A DNA stretch of 64,000 nucleotides from Podarcis pityusensis (Eukaryota), in NCBI GenBank assembly GCA_964106645.2, contig OZ067047.1; one strand, given 5' to 3'. A program made the position numbers and the translations under genes. This document shows, one piece after another, positions 11,889-25,119 of the stretch (the stretch's first letter is position 1; every line of letters starts with the position of its first letter). Below the pieces are notes generated by a model. It ran no database searches, was not told the origin of the DNA, and worked only from the letters and a program-made list of their open reading frames with translations.

Positions 11889-13095
11889 GTATCCTTTTGG
11901 CAGGATGCGTGCGAAGTTACTGGAGTAAGGTACAGGCCGCCATCTGCGTAGGTCTGAGGTTGAGACTAGACCGGCTATTTTGTGACATCCACTGGGAAGA
12001 GTATGAAGATACTTTCAAAAAGGTAAAAAGAAAACCCTGTCAAAGTGCTTTTTGCCTTTTCATCACTTGCACTCAGACAATGTAAAGCATTAGATATAAA
12101 GGGCCCTACTTTACAATAATTGCTTAAGTCCTAAATAAAGTAAAAAGTCCAGTTTTGAAAAAGGCATCCAAGGCTTGCTGTTTGCCTTCCTCATTGTTCT
12201 ATTAATATTTTTCATTGTTTGGATTAGATTGCAAACAAAGCAGTGCTCCGACTAGTAATGTTTGCAATGAAGAACAGGGAGTCGGTTTTGTGGCATTGTG
12301 CGGAATGTCCCTGGGTGGCTCCAGATTGTTACTTTTTTGCATGAGCAATTGAAGTGCATACTGGAACTTTGGGTTTGTGCAGTTTAAATGGATTAATGGG
12401 TTCTGTTGCCTTGGCACAGGCATGGCCAAACTTAGCCCTCCAGATGTTTTGGGAGTACAATTCCCATCATCCCTGACCACTGGGCCTGTTAGCTAGGCAT
12501 GATGGGAGTTATAGTCCCAAAACATCTGGAGGGCCTTAGCACAACCAAGGCGCTTGGAAAAGAAGACACAGGGAGGAATTTAATATCATGCTATGTTGAT
12601 TGCTCAGTCAGGGCAGGCTTGTCAGCTGGCCAGATGCAACCACCCCCTCTCTCTTCACCTCGCACAGCTGTTCCAGGGGTTCTCCTGACACACACACTCC
12701 AAGCCAAGTTTATTTGGGGAGAGAAGACCTGTTGTGCAAGTGGAAGTTCTTCCTTGTGCCAGCTTCTACTTGCAGGACTTATTAGTTGACTCCAGCCCAC
12801 ACGGTTTTTTTGTGCTTTGGAAAGTTATGGGGGAAAGTATAAAATAGAATGCGGATGGATATGCAGTGTAAACACTCCATAAGTGTTTTCTGGACATCAA
12901 AGTACTGTGTATAGGATAGATTTAGATACTGACAGTCAAAACTTCTGAGCAGTTTATATTTTCTGCTCTCTTGCCAACATATGTTCATATGGCAAATATT
13001 TCAGAGTTTTCGGGAAAAGAATAAATGAATACATTTTCTAAGCAGCGTATTATCCTTTCAACACTTTATTCTTTCACTCAAGCCTTTGAATTCAG
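11889..13095 (+). other. MEI1: MEI1 last intron, U12-type 5' splice site (GT-AG)
   Basis: Donor GTATCCTTTT; this join restores the frame into the conserved terminal exon; branch point only degenerate (TTCTTTCAC 13069-13077). Confidence 0.75.
12417..12540. mobile_element. Palindromic hAT-type MITE
   Basis: CAGGCATGGCCAAAC...CCCTCCAGATGTTTTGG...CCAAAACATCTGGAGGG self-complementary family; further copies at 19.7, 35.8 and 50.0 kb. Confidence 0.75.
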
Positions 13096-13141
13096 ATGTC
13101 TTGGAGGAGTGGCAGTTTCTCTCTCACATATCAGAGACTGA
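13096..13141 (+). CDS. MEI1: MEI1 terminal coding exon
   Basis: ttcag|A TGT CTT GGA...GAC TGA = (I)CLGGVAVSLSHIRD*, matching the recalled human C-terminus CLGGVAVSLSHIRN. Confidence 0.92.
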
Positions 13142-13179
13142 AATGAGGAGGCAAACAATACTGAACAGAGAACATAATG

Positions 13180-13185
13180 AATAAA
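13180..13185 (+). terminator. MEI1 polyadenylation signal
   Basis: First AATAAA, 38 nt after the stop codon. Confidence 0.55.
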
Positions 13186-13599
13186 GCAACTTGCCTTTAT
13201 AATTTCTTACCAGCCAAAGGCTTAAAGGAATATAATACAAGTGATTAAAGCCTACAGAAGTGATTTTGTAATCTAGTCGGTAGTTTATGTTTAAACTTGT
13301 AAATTAAAAACTTTAAATCTGTTTTTTGTCTGCCTTGGAAATGTGTTAAGTGAAGCATGCATTTCAGAGTTGTTTTCAGCACTGATAAAGAAAAGAATTT
13401 GCAGGCACTTCTGATAAATTCCCTAAGTGCTTGACCTCAGTAAATAATCTATTTTGCTACTTTACGCATCACCTTCTTAATATTCAGGTGCCATGAATCA
13501 TTGTTTTGGTTAATGCAAAATGATACCATGTTAAGAGTAAGCTTTTGTGGATCAAGGGTTTTACTATATCTAGCCAAATTCAAAGTCAGCACTCATTTG

Positions 13600-13605
<6 letters not shown>

Positions 13606-13645
<40 letters not shown>
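13606..13645. repeat. (CA)n microsatellite
   Basis: Direct inspection. Confidence 0.95.
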
Positions 13646-13647
<2 letters not shown>

Positions 13648-14427
13648 TTGGCAATAGCAACAGTAACAATGCTCTCAACCCTTTTGGTACAATAGCTGAG
13701 CATTCTCTGAAATCTTCGCTCTAAGGGCTGATTCTCAAATGTGACTAGTGGGAAAATCTATAGTGATAGATCGTAATAGGATGCACCCACATTGTGTTGC
13801 TCAAATTGTAGTAATTGTAGCATTTTTTAATATGTTGAAAGGATGTTCTACCTTTCATTTAACAAAATATTATTGTCTGATGCTTCAGCAGTTATATAGG
13901 TTACCTGTATGTATAAAATCTCTAAAACCACTATACAAAAAAGGCAGAAGTGAAACAGCCACTGCCCCTATGTTTACAATACAACCAAAGGCTTACAACC
14001 TAATCAAAGACAAGACACACTGCAAGGAAAGGGAGGTGATATAAAAGAAAGGATGATCAGGAGAGGCATGCCTGCTGCTAAGTGGAAGGGCACTTTCACA
14101 GCACAGAGCGGCAAGAGAAAAGGCCCCAGGTGCAACTCAAAGGGTAATCTTAGGTGTAACAAAGAGATTGGTCAAGTAAAAACTAGAGAATTAGGCAGTA
14201 TCAAGGAGTGAAACAATCTGAATGGCAAGTGGGAAATAGAACAGATAACAGCAGAAGAGGGCTAAGAATAGAAGCAGGAAGCCAACAAGAAAGATACAAG
14301 AGTAGTCTGTTAAGGAAATAAAATTAACCAGAATGTTGGGGGTGACTGTAGAGGAATGTGAATCCTAGTTCTACTGATCAACTGAAAATGGCGAGTTCAG
14401 CAAGAAGGACATGAATATATAGAAGAA

Positions 14428-14711
14428 AGGCCTGTAGCTCATTGGTAGAGGATCTCCTTTGCATGCCGAAGGTCCAAGGTTCAACCTCTGGCATCTCCAG
14501 GTAGGGCTAGGAGAGCCCCTGGACAGCTGTTGCAAGTTAATATAAACAAGGTTGTAAAGTCTGGTGCCCCTTATATGTTGGACTACAATTCCCATCATCC
14601 CTCACTAATGGCTATGTTTGCTGGGGCTGAGGGGAGATGGAGTCTAGCGGCATCTGGAGGGCATCAGGTTGCTGAGTTAGATCATCCAATGGTCTGACTT
14701 GACGTAAGGCA
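14428..14711 (+). mobile_element. tRNA-derived SINE interrupted by a palindromic MITE (about 14550-14671)
   Basis: Head GTAGCTCATTGGTAGAG (A box)...GGTTCAA (B box); body resumes CTGAGTTAGATCATCCAATGGTCTGAC after the MITE. Confidence 0.7.
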
Positions 14712-16559
14712 GAATTAGCATAAGAAAAATCTTTTGAAAATAATCAGACAGTTATTTGTCTTCCGTGGTTCCGAACTTGAGAAGATCAACATTATCAAGA
14801 ATGTGAGAAAGTGTTTTTTTTAAAAAAACTGGGGATTTGTCTATTGAGAGAAGTGTATGACTATCGCAGCAGTGCCCATAAATTAAAGGCCCATTGTGAC
14901 AAATACAAAAAGGGGAGCATTTACACTACCTAGATTTCATACATGAATAAACTTACTTGCTGGAATGGTTGCCCCGTAATGTATTTTTACAAGCCTGTCA
15001 AATCTTAATGAGTTTAATTAAATCATTTATATTTAATTGCATTTGCTTGTTTTAGATAATGTATGATTCCATAGACAAAAATCTTCACCAATTATTGGAA
15101 AAGGCCATCTTATTTTCATTATCATCATCCCTACTACAATAGCACGCCAAAACAAAAGTAGCCTTAAAAAATTACGAAGTATACCTGTAACTTCTATGCC
15201 CAAATAATTAAAATAAGCCCTGCCAAATATTCAGTAAAACTGATTATCTTGATTAAAGAAATCTACTGAGATAAGGAATTTGCATGTAGGGTAACATTTC
15301 ACAGTTTGACCCAATTTTCTGCTGTGTAGTTGGCACTCTGCTCAGGTTCTAAACCAATTATAAAATATGTTTATAAAAGGAATAAAGGGTTGTGTTATGT
15401 ATCACTTGTGATGCCACGGACACTAGCCCAATGGGTGCATGTAAGATGTAGCTCTGAGACATGTAATGCACAGTAATTTGAAGCACAATGGATGCATTGG
15501 AGATGAACAAAAATGACCTAAGTGCTTTGGGAACAAGATATTGCTGGTTTGTTTCCCTGAGACAGTCATGAAAGCTTCGAGAAAGTTACTTAGGTAAGTG
15601 TGCTAATTGCATTTTCCAAAGTGCTGGCTTTGGCCTCTTAAAGCCTTAAACCGCTCAGGATTCCAGTATCTCAAGGACTACCTTTCTTTGTATGAACCTA
15701 CCTAAAACCTACAATGGTCATTTGAGGCTATTTCCCATGTGCAGCTTCTAGGAGTGCTCAGAGGGTGGTAGACCCATTCGTTAGTGTAAAGTGTTGCTTG
15801 CTTTTTGCATTAGGTAATAGGACATTCCTCTTCACTCAGGCAGCTGGGCTTAGCTATGATTTGGCCATTGTGGTTTTGGTGCTCATCTTGTGGTTGAGCG
15901 AAACATAATCACTTCCAAGTCTCTAATTTAAAAAAGCAACAAATAAATAAAATTTAATAATTTATTGCTCATAAGTGACTGGAAAGGCTGGAAATCCTAT
16001 TCTCACTCACCTAAGGGTAAATCCCAGTGACCTCAACTTGTCTTACTTTGGGAGTAACGTCCAGCAATGCACTTATTTTTGCCTGCTGTGATCATGCAAT
16101 TGTTGGGGCTTGTAAAGTGAGGCACCTCTCATGTCCCAGCCTAGCCAGATGGATATTGGTAGAAGCGTCCTTCATATTTATAACAGAGACAGAGTACCTG
16201 TGCTTGCTAATTATTATTGCAACTGATTAAACAGCAAGCAGGTGTTCTCATTAATCACTAATTGCTTCCTGCGCTCACCCCGCTTCTCCCGGACCATACT
16301 TGCGCGCAGTCTAAAGAACTCCTCTAATTGCCTTTCAATGCTTATTATGATTTACACGCTGCTTCTCCCAGTATGTGCAGTACAGTAATTGCTTCCGAAA
16401 TTCTGTGTGTGGGTTTCTGGTTTTTTAAAATTCACCACCCACCATGCAAATCAGCACCTGGCATTCCCCCTATTAGTAAACGTGGCTGTTTCCCCGCTTA
16501 CAGCTTTGTAAACGCGGTGATGGGGAGAGATCTAACCATTGGAAGAACTACAACACAGA

Positions 16560-17420
16560 GGCCTCTGGGAAGCACACGGAGGAAATGACGCGCCCGTGCA
16601 GGGCATGCTGGTTTGCTTAGCAAGCGAGGCCAGTCCGCTGGTGAAAGCTGCCGGGAAAAGGAAGAGCGGCTCCAGCATGACAGCCTCGCCAGAGTGAGCT
16701 GCTGCTGCTGCTGCTCGGGCGACTGGAGACGCAGCGTGCCCTTTTCCGGGCAATGCAGGTGAGGTTCCTTCCCAGGGGCTCGAGAGCGAGGGTCGCTTGG
16801 GAAGCGGGCAGCTTCCACCCCGTGCGATCCCAAGCTGGTTCTCGACGGGCAGGTTGGGTTCCCGAACCCCAGATCGCGCTGCCGGCAACTGCCAGGCTGG
16901 CAGCAAACTGCTCCGTAGTTCTGAGCGCCTCCGATCCTGCAAATGCAGCGGAGGGAGAAGGAGGGCAGCATGGAAACGCCGAAGCCCTTCGGGAGAGCCA
17001 GGCCCCGAGGAAGCGGGAGGTCCCGAGAGCCCCAGTGGATCGACCAGGGAGGGGGGCGGCGGCAGCAGGTGGCGGGGATCGGACTTCTGCTGCAGCCGCG
17101 GATCCGCGGGAGAGCGCGCGCTTGGGCGATCCGCTGCTTGGAATCGGGAAGGACCGCGCGGCTGCGGGGAGCGAGAGCGGATCGCCCTCGCTTTCTTCGC
17201 TGTTCGCGTAGGAAGGCTGAGCGAGGCGGCCGAGAACTTGTCTCTGCAAACTTGGGGGAGCTCGCGGGGGTTGCCAGCGTCGCGCCCTTCGGGAAGCGAG
17301 GTCCTCCGGGGTGTTAAACTAGACTACAGAGATGTATTTAATCACCACGTAGCTCATGCTGTCCGCTGGTGAGACGCCCCTCGGAAGAAATAGCTGCGGA
17401 ATGATCATGATCGATGCCAC
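16560..17420 (+). promoter_or_regulatory. CCDC134: CpG island, probable CCDC134 promoter and non-coding exon 1
   Basis: Only CpG-dense block between the MEI1 3' end and the CCDC134 ATG exon (which has an acceptor 10 nt upstream of its ATG); GGAAATGACG ETS/CRE-like motif; candidate donors at 16694 (gtgagc) and 16759 (cag|gtgagg). Confidence 0.7.
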
Positions 17421-19149
17421 AAAGAAAGAGGATCCTGTCACAGCAGTCATTCTAAACTAATAGAGGAAGGTGCTCTGGTCTAAACCTTAGTAATGATGAT
17501 TTTGGTGGTGAATTAAGGTGCAAAGCTCTCCTCCGCCTCGTGTCTGTTCGGGTCTTTTGCACTTTTCGTATTCCCTGATCGGCAGGCCCGCATTTCCTCC
17601 GGCTTTATAAAAGGGTTCTTGATGTCGGGCACCTTGTACCCATCGCATCCTGAGTCCCAGGACTAAGCAGCAAAATGGGTTTCACCTTGATCTTGATTTT
17701 ATATATACGCACAAAATGCAAAATGAATTATTTTCTCTGTGTTGGTAAGAGAGAGAAAAAATATTTTTATAGATTCGTTTTTTAGTTAGCACCACAAACT
17801 CTTCTCATGTTATCTAGTAGCTACTATACAAGTTCAGTCTTGCAACGTTTTATATATATATATATATATATATTGGATTATCTGAAACAATCTTTTTAAA
17901 AATGGTTAAAGAGATCTGCACATATTTGCCACACATTCTGAAAAGCTCTCAGTTTGCAGATATTTGGGGAAACTGGAATAGTATGCACCTAGATTTTACC
18001 CAAGAGTCGACCCATTGAAATTAATTAAGGTTCATTTTAGTGGATCTACTCTGAGTCCAAGTTAGCTGAATACCAACCCCAGTAGTTGCAAATTGAGGTT
18101 GTTGGGGGTTTGTTTTGGTCAAGTTGAGCATATAAAAAACAATACCCTAGGAGGGCCTAGAATAGAAAGGCCCTGAATCTAGACATACCCTTGTATCTCT
18201 CTGGAATCCAATACCATTTATCACAGATGCCAGAGGAGGAATATCTGGATGTTGTTTTTGAAAGCAGGTCACTTGCATGGACAATAAGTAATAAAGGGTT
18301 GAGGTTGGTTTTGACAGCTTCTTTAGTATACATGTTAAATCACATATCTTTCTACAGAAGTAAATTGAGGCATGAAGAAGCTCAGTTACTACTGCCATCA
18401 CTATCACAAACTCCAAGGCCTTGTTCGTTACTGTGTTAGATGATTTTGGAACATGAGTTTGCTTGCAGATTAAGTTTTTGAGGAGGATGAATCTGCAAAG
18501 CCCCCGAATCGGTTGCTGCTCTCTCACACACACCTTCCACTACATGAATGACTTTTCCTATGGCATATTGCATTAAACTAGTTTTTTTCCAAATTTGTCA
18601 ACTTAAACGATAGTGTCTCTTTTAGTTCTCTGATAGTGACTATAGTGTGGCATTTGTTTTGATCCTGTTATTTACTTGCAATGGAGCTGGCTTCTAGTGT
18701 TTGTAGGATTGAAGCCTTAAACCCTTAATTATACTTGTAACTGCATTAAACATTTACTTCCCATGAAATTTATGTTCAAGACACTCCTGCTATTCTTTAC
18801 TGTTGAACTTGAACGCGACCTTTGCAACTCTCTTTATTACTTGTAGGTATGTCATTTGTCTCTTGAAGCCAATACCAGTGATTCCATGTGGATCCTCTTA
18901 CAGATTAACTATTGGATTTACTATTATTTAGCATTTGATAATCGCCCCGTAACACTGATCTCTGGACAATGTGCAACAAAAAGTTACAAAATAATAAAAT
19001 ACAAATAATACAATATAAATGCAAAACATTCCCAAACAACACAGATTGTTTATAACCATTACACTCAAATTCACCTTGTCACATGGAGAGCAGAAACCAC
19101 CTCGTAAGAGCTAAAAACATAAGAGCAAAGAGCAAGACAGCCCCAATAA

Positions 19150-19490
19150 ATGTAGATGTCTACTAATAATATTAATTAAGAATGAGAGGATGTTGAAAGA
19201 CCTGGGAGAATAGAAGTTGGCTTTCCTTGGCACTGAAAAGCCATCAGCGTATGTGCCAGATGCGCCTCTTCTAGGCATAGTAGGGGGCCACCACTGAGAA
19301 GGCTCTTTTCCTCATCACAATCTTGCACACTTCCGTTTGTGTTGGTGATTGTAGAAAGACCTTCAGTAATGATCTTTGGGCATGGGCTTGTATGTATGGG
19401 AAAAGGTATTCATGCAGATCCGAAGGTTTTATGTTATGCAGAATTTCAAAGGTCAAACGCAGCACTTTGAATTAAGCCTGGAAGCGGATT
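19150..19490 (-). mobile_element. Degraded L2/CR1-clade LINE 3' fragment
   Basis: Minus-strand translation ...YLFPY...RAFSVVAP typical of the L2 ORF2 C-terminus. Confidence 0.55.
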
Positions 19491-19711
19491 GTCCCACCCT
19501 CTGTTGAGGAAGCTACACCTCCTACTGCCTTGTTATGTTTGCCTCCACTCTTTATTCTTTTCTGCTTCATGTCTCGTCTCCATGGCTGCACAACGAATGG
19601 AACTTGCTTCTGACACTGAGCTTCTTCACCTGGTGCTAGTTTGTTTACATATTGTAAGAACACAATATTATAAGAGAAGAATGTGGTGCTCAAGTCGCAA
19701 CCATGTGTGTC

Positions 19712-19845
19712 CCTGAGGCTCAACCTTCGGCCCTCCAGATGTTTTGGACTACAATTCCCATCATCCCTGACCACTGGTCCTGTTAGCTATGGATCATGGG
19801 AGTTGTAGACCAAAACATCTGGAGGGCCGCAGGTTGGGGATGCCT
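19712..19845. mobile_element. Palindromic hAT-type MITE
   Basis: Same family as 12417, 35773 and 49961. Confidence 0.75.
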
Positions 19846-21838
19846 GCCTTATCCCAATCCCTAGACTAAGGCTGTGGTCTAATAAACACTCACCTAGGAG
19901 TAATTCCCATTCAAACTCAATGGAGATTACTTATGAGAAGACATATACAAGATTGCAATGTGATAATGCTATATTCACTATGCTACCTTCCTGCCTATTT
20001 TGGGCAGTATATCCAGGGGTATCTAGTATTGTGGCCTCAGTCTGTTCTTAGACTGTTGCTCTCATCGGCCAGAGCCAGCACAGCCAAAGGTGAATTATGA
20101 TGGGGACTGCAGCCCAACAATATTTGGAGGGCATCATATTAGTTACCCTTCATGTAGCTAAGCCCTTTGGAGAGTTTTGGTTTTGCTCTTTGGCTTTTGT
20201 GTGTAGGTGCATCTGCCATGTTGCTAATATGCTTATGATATGATATTATATTATATTCTGCCTCTCATCCTGGATATGTGGTATGCTGCTAATATAGAAT
20301 AGCATGCCTGGATCCTACCAGTGGCTGCCTGCTGAATAGTGCAGAAAGAAGCAGAATCCAAAGTGATTTTTTTACAGTGCTTCAGTTTAATGTTTGCAAA
20401 TGACAAGATATTTTGTTACAGATATGATTCTGGATTTGCTCCAGTAAATGAATTCTCAGACATATTTTTCAGTGTGTGAAGCAGATTGTTCTTATAAAAC
20501 ATGCTGCTGCTTCTGTAGTTGGATATTAAATCTTGTATACAATTGCTGTGTCTTGATCTTCTCCTCCCATATATTCCCCTCCCAGGGCACCCTTTCCAGA
20601 TCTGCAGGGAACACTGAGCATTTAATGCACCCCAAAAGGATGCCCCCATGATGCTCATCTTTGCTTCTCTTGTGTTCTTTGCATTTGTGTTGGGAAAGGA
20701 GGCTGCAAAAGATAAGGGCACTTGATGGTGCTTTCTCAAATCCTTCGTAACCTATATTCTGACAGGTTTATGTCCTACTTTTGTGTTGCTCACCGCTTCC
20801 TAATTGATAGAATAGCAGTGTGCAGATGACAGTCCGATAGCTGAGCTTTTCAGAATGCCCCCGGGGGTAAACGCAAATAAATTGGATGTTTACCCTCTGA
20901 GCACTGGGAAGCGGTGACTCTTCTCTCCTCCACCCCCAGATTGTTGAAATAGAAGCTTTTCTCTTCTAGCTCTGCCCAACCCAACTTGTAAAAGGTTCTG
21001 TGGAAACCTTCAGGTGCACAGAGGGCTCCGCAAATTCTTAATTCATCTTCAGAACAACTCTTTGCTATCATTTTTTAGGCCGAGAGAAAGTGCTTCTGCC
21101 CAAGGCTGCCCAATAAGCTTCATGGCGAAGTAGGGTATTTGAACCTATATCTCCCCAGGTCCAAACCTGGTAGGGGTTGGTGAGTGAATCTCCACCTGAG
21201 ATCCAGCTTGTCTCCTGGGAAAACCTCAGCAGTGCCAAGAGAGCCCCTGCTGCTCCACAAGTTACTTTGAGCATCAGGTCGCCTGCCTGCCGCAGCAAAT
21301 GGAATTCTAGTATTTGTCCTGCAGTGCATAGGAGAAGCGAGTAGGCGAAGACATGGATTGCAGCAGGGAGCTTAGGTGGGAGGCATAATGGCCACCAGAA
21401 CGTGCTCACGCTGGCTTTTGAGCTTTCAAAATGAAGGTGTATAAGCCTGTTTTATAAGGCCAGCTAATCTGCAGCACCACATTTTTGCATTGACATGGCC
21501 TAGCAGCAGCCTTAATATTTAAGTTGCTGGGTTCAGACTTGTCCCACTGAACAGGGCAGGACTCAGTTCTGAGTAAATATTCATAGGATCGTGATGCACA
21601 GTAAGGATTCTGAAGCACTGTTTGCATTTCACGATGGAAATTGCGAACGCCAAGCAAAGCAAATAGACTTGAATATTTCATTCATTGTTCCTGGCATCCT
21701 TGATGGCATCTTGTTCATTGTGCAGGCAGAACTTGAAGAGGTCAATTGAAAAAAAGGTTTTTTGGCTAAGATGCTGAATGGAGAGGTCTAGTACCTGACC
21801 GTTGCCCATTTTGTCAGTTTTGTATAAATATGTACACT

Positions 21839-22026
21839 GGTAAACAGCATTTCCATGTGCTGCTCTGGTTCGCCAGAAGCGGCTTAGTCATGCTGGCCAC
21901 ATGACCTGGGAAAACTGTCTGTGGACAAACGCCGGTTCCCTCAGCCTATAGAGTGAGATGAGCGCGCAACCCTAGGGTTGTCCACAACTGGACCTAACGG
22001 TCAGCGGTACCTTTACCTTTTACCTT
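21839..22026 (+). mobile_element. Sauria SINE, 5'-truncated
   Basis: GCCAGAAGCGGCTTAGTCATGCTGGCCACATGACC core and (ACCTTT)n tail. Confidence 0.85.
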
Positions 22027-23473
22027 GTATTACACACTTGACTCCATTACAGTCAGAGGAATTATTGGAATGCTTAAGATTTAAACACATATGCATTTTC
22101 TCTGCAACATTTGGGCCAATGCATGATGACACTGGGCTGGTAATTTAATTTTCTGCTCTTAATCATGCAGCTATAGTTCACCTGCCTCCTTTAAAAGTCT
22201 TTTCAGTTCTTCTTAAGAAGTTTAAATTATATTGGAATTAGGTTTTATTCTCCTTTATTTGTTAAAACCGGCTAAGAGAAGCCAATGTTCTTGGAGGAGC
22301 CCCCCTTCTGCCGCCGCCCCTGTATGTGGAATTACAAGAACTGGAAAAAAGGAAAAGGCTTTATTGGAGCAGGGTTATATATAAATGTTGAAAGCTTCAA
22401 GATGAAAGGCTGGTGTGTCTTTCTCTTTCAGCCCTGTTTTATTTTATACGGATAATGGTTAGGAAGCCATAGGAAAATTGGTGAACCAGAAAGCCTGGCA
22501 GCAAACTGCAGTTCCTCTAACCCTCCAATTAAGAGCAGCAAGCTGCTCTGATTTCCATTAGCCCCTCTCGTGGAGCGGGTCTAACTTCTCTGTATGTAGT
22601 CATTTGCTGTCTTGTTAGCTGAGGCAGGACTGAGCATGGCTCTCTAGTGGAATATTTATGTGTCACATTTAACCTGTGCTGCAGAGTAAAGATGATATAG
22701 TGATGGTTGTGGTGGTCGTAGTAGTACTGTCAATTGCCACCACTTCATTTTCCTCATGGTTTAAGTCTTGGCAGATATCTTCTATTATATCACCTTTCCT
22801 TCTGTCTCATGGAAGCTACTGGTGGCATGTACATCTGTCGCTGTATACAACATTTTCAGCTTCTACTCTCATAAAGGAAAATAGCCCTGCTGGTAAATGC
22901 TACAGTCCCACCCCAAATTAGAAAGGTATCTGATCAACATCAGCTTTGCACAGATAACATGACTGGAAAATATCTGTGGATGGGCCGCAGCTGTGCTGTG
23001 ATAGACTGAAATAGGTTGGATTTCTGAAACAGAAGTACTGAACCAAAGTAAATATCGGGGTGTGGGGAGATCAGAAAAGGAAATAGCAATCAGTAATCAT
23101 AATATCTGGAAAACAAAACTGGATAACAAAAACATTTTAAGAGCTTGCTTCCTTGGAACCAAGTCCCTTTGTGTTCAGTAGCCCTTGCTCCTAGGAAAGT
23201 ATTAATAGGAGTGCAGTTTCTATTATTTTCTGTTAGTTGAATAATTGTATGACTTCAATCGTTGATTTTTTTTTTTTTTTTGGTATTGCATCTTACTGTA
23301 TTCTGTATATACTATTCAGGGTCACTGAAACAAAGAGAGATTGTGAAGAGCTCCAAAATGACCTTGTCAAACTGAGTGAAGTGGGAGATAATAGCAAATG
23401 CAATTCATAGAATGGTAGAGTTGGACAGGACTTGCTTTATTCCAGCAGGCCTTTTAATGGTAGTTTAATTTTA

Positions 23474-23829
23474 CAGTGGTGCCTCGCAAGACGAAATTAA
23501 TCCGTTCCGCGAGTGTCTTCGTCTAGCGGTTTTTTCGTCTTGCGAAGCAACCCTATTAGCGGCTTAACGGATTAGCGCTATTAGCGGTTTAGCGGCTATT
23601 AAAGGCTTAAAGGCTTAGCGGATTAGCTGCTAAAAGGCTATTAAAGGCTTAGCAGCTTAGATAAAGGGGGGGGGGAGTGAAAAAAAAATCTCAAGACTCG
23701 CAAGACATTTTCGTCTTGCGAAGCAAGCCCATAGGGGAATTCGTCCTGCGAAGCAACTCCAAAACGGAAAACCCTTTCGTCTAGCGGTTTTTCCGTCTTG
23801 CGAGGCATTCGTCTTGCGGGGCACCACTG
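23474..23829. mobile_element. Tc1/mariner (Tigger-like) MITE with internal TTAGCGG(C) tandem repeats
   Basis: TIR CAGTGGTGCC(T/C)CGCAAGACGAA at both ends, TA TSDs. Confidence 0.85.
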
Positions 23830-25119
23830 TATAGCTTTCTTCACTGATTCTCGTCAGTTGTATTGTATCTTTGTAAACAACTTAGTCTGTTGTAGCTAAA
23901 TGGTATGTAAATTGTTATAGTAAACCAGAAATAAAGTTTATAAAATGCGTGGCACGGAGAAAAGCTTTTCTCCCTCTGTTCCCAACACTCGAACTCGTGG
24001 CCATCCGATAAAGCTGAACATTGGAAGATTCAGGAACGATAAATGAAGGCACTACTACAACTAATACTACTTCATAGCTGAACTTTGGAATGTGCTCCCA
24101 CCGGAGGAGATGATGGCCACCAACTTGCAAAATACAAATTTATGGAGGAGAGGGCTATTGGTGATGGCTATTAGCTATGATGACTATGTTCCGCCTCTGT
24201 GGTTGGAGGCAGTAATGCTTTTGAGTTCCAGTTGCTGGAAACCACAAGAGGGTAGAGTGCTCTTGTGCTCATGTCCCATTTGTGGGATTCCCATAGGCTA
24301 GCCACTGTGAGAACAGGATACTGGATTAACTGGGCCAATTGCCCTGATCCAGGAAGCTCTTCTTATGCTGTTGTGTACTGCCCTGAAAACTTCGTTGATC
24401 ATCATCTTCTTCTTCCTTGGAAATATTGCCTCTGACAGCTGAGACAGAACATAGCCATCAAGCCTAGTAGCCACTGGTTGCCGTAAGGCTATCCTAAATT
24501 CCTGACAACGTCAAGAATACTGGTGCGTCTTTGCATTACTTTACCAAACATGCTCTCTTGGAGGTAAAAACAAAATAAAAATAGGAGCATGCTCTTATCT
24601 ATGTCAAGTACCTGAGATAAGCTTGTGCCACAGAATGCTCTTTACAGTATTTAATGTCGCTTAATGGATTTTTTGCCCCATCCGTGTGTGTAGCTTTCAG
24701 CCACTACAACTTGCTTTGATATTGCTCATGGAATAAAACCTATTATTTTCTCATTGTGAAAGTCCTTTTATGCACAGTGTAATTGGTACTTAACATTCAC
24801 TTCACAGTCTGGACTGTAAGCTCCCAGTGGACCAACTGATCTCTCACTAGCCAGCTCCATCTGTTTTCAAATTTGTTTTGGAATCCCAGGAACAGACAGG
24901 AGGCGTCTTCCACCACTGCGGGTGCTTACTTGGGAAAATATCTCAAATTCCTGGGAGCCACATATAATATAACTTTATATATCAAGAGCTTTTCCAAATT
25001 CTAGCACCAACTGTTTAAGTATCTAAATGACCAGATGTTTACAGTTCCAGTCTGAACGGTTTTCATCTGCATTTGCCTCTTTGCTTGCCTAATACCTGTT
25101 TGTTGCTTTTGTTTATGTC

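Noticed and set aside
13471-13695. Alternative MEI1 last exon after CTTCTTAATATTCAG (ORF 13501-13695)
   Set aside because: Downstream of the first AATAAA, no resemblance to MEI1, runs into a (CA)n repeat; branch-to-AG spacing too short
14428-14500. tRNA-like sequence
   Set aside because: Degenerate head of a SINE with the SINE body following; not a functional tRNA gene
16498-17372. Overlapping 120-210 aa ORFs on both strands
   Set aside because: Low-complexity Ala/Gly/Arg/Pro ORFs expected in a GC-rich CpG island; no recognisable domain or exon chain
18191-22921. Possible extra gene in CCDC134 intron 1 (ORFs at 18191, 20416, 21068, 22676)
   Set aside because: No recognisable homology and no phase-consistent exon series; stops interrupt the candidate frames
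23555-23660. TTAGCGG(C) array resembling telomeric or CRISPR-like repeats
   Set aside because: Internal minisatellite of a TIR-bounded MITE; no spacers; eukaryotic context
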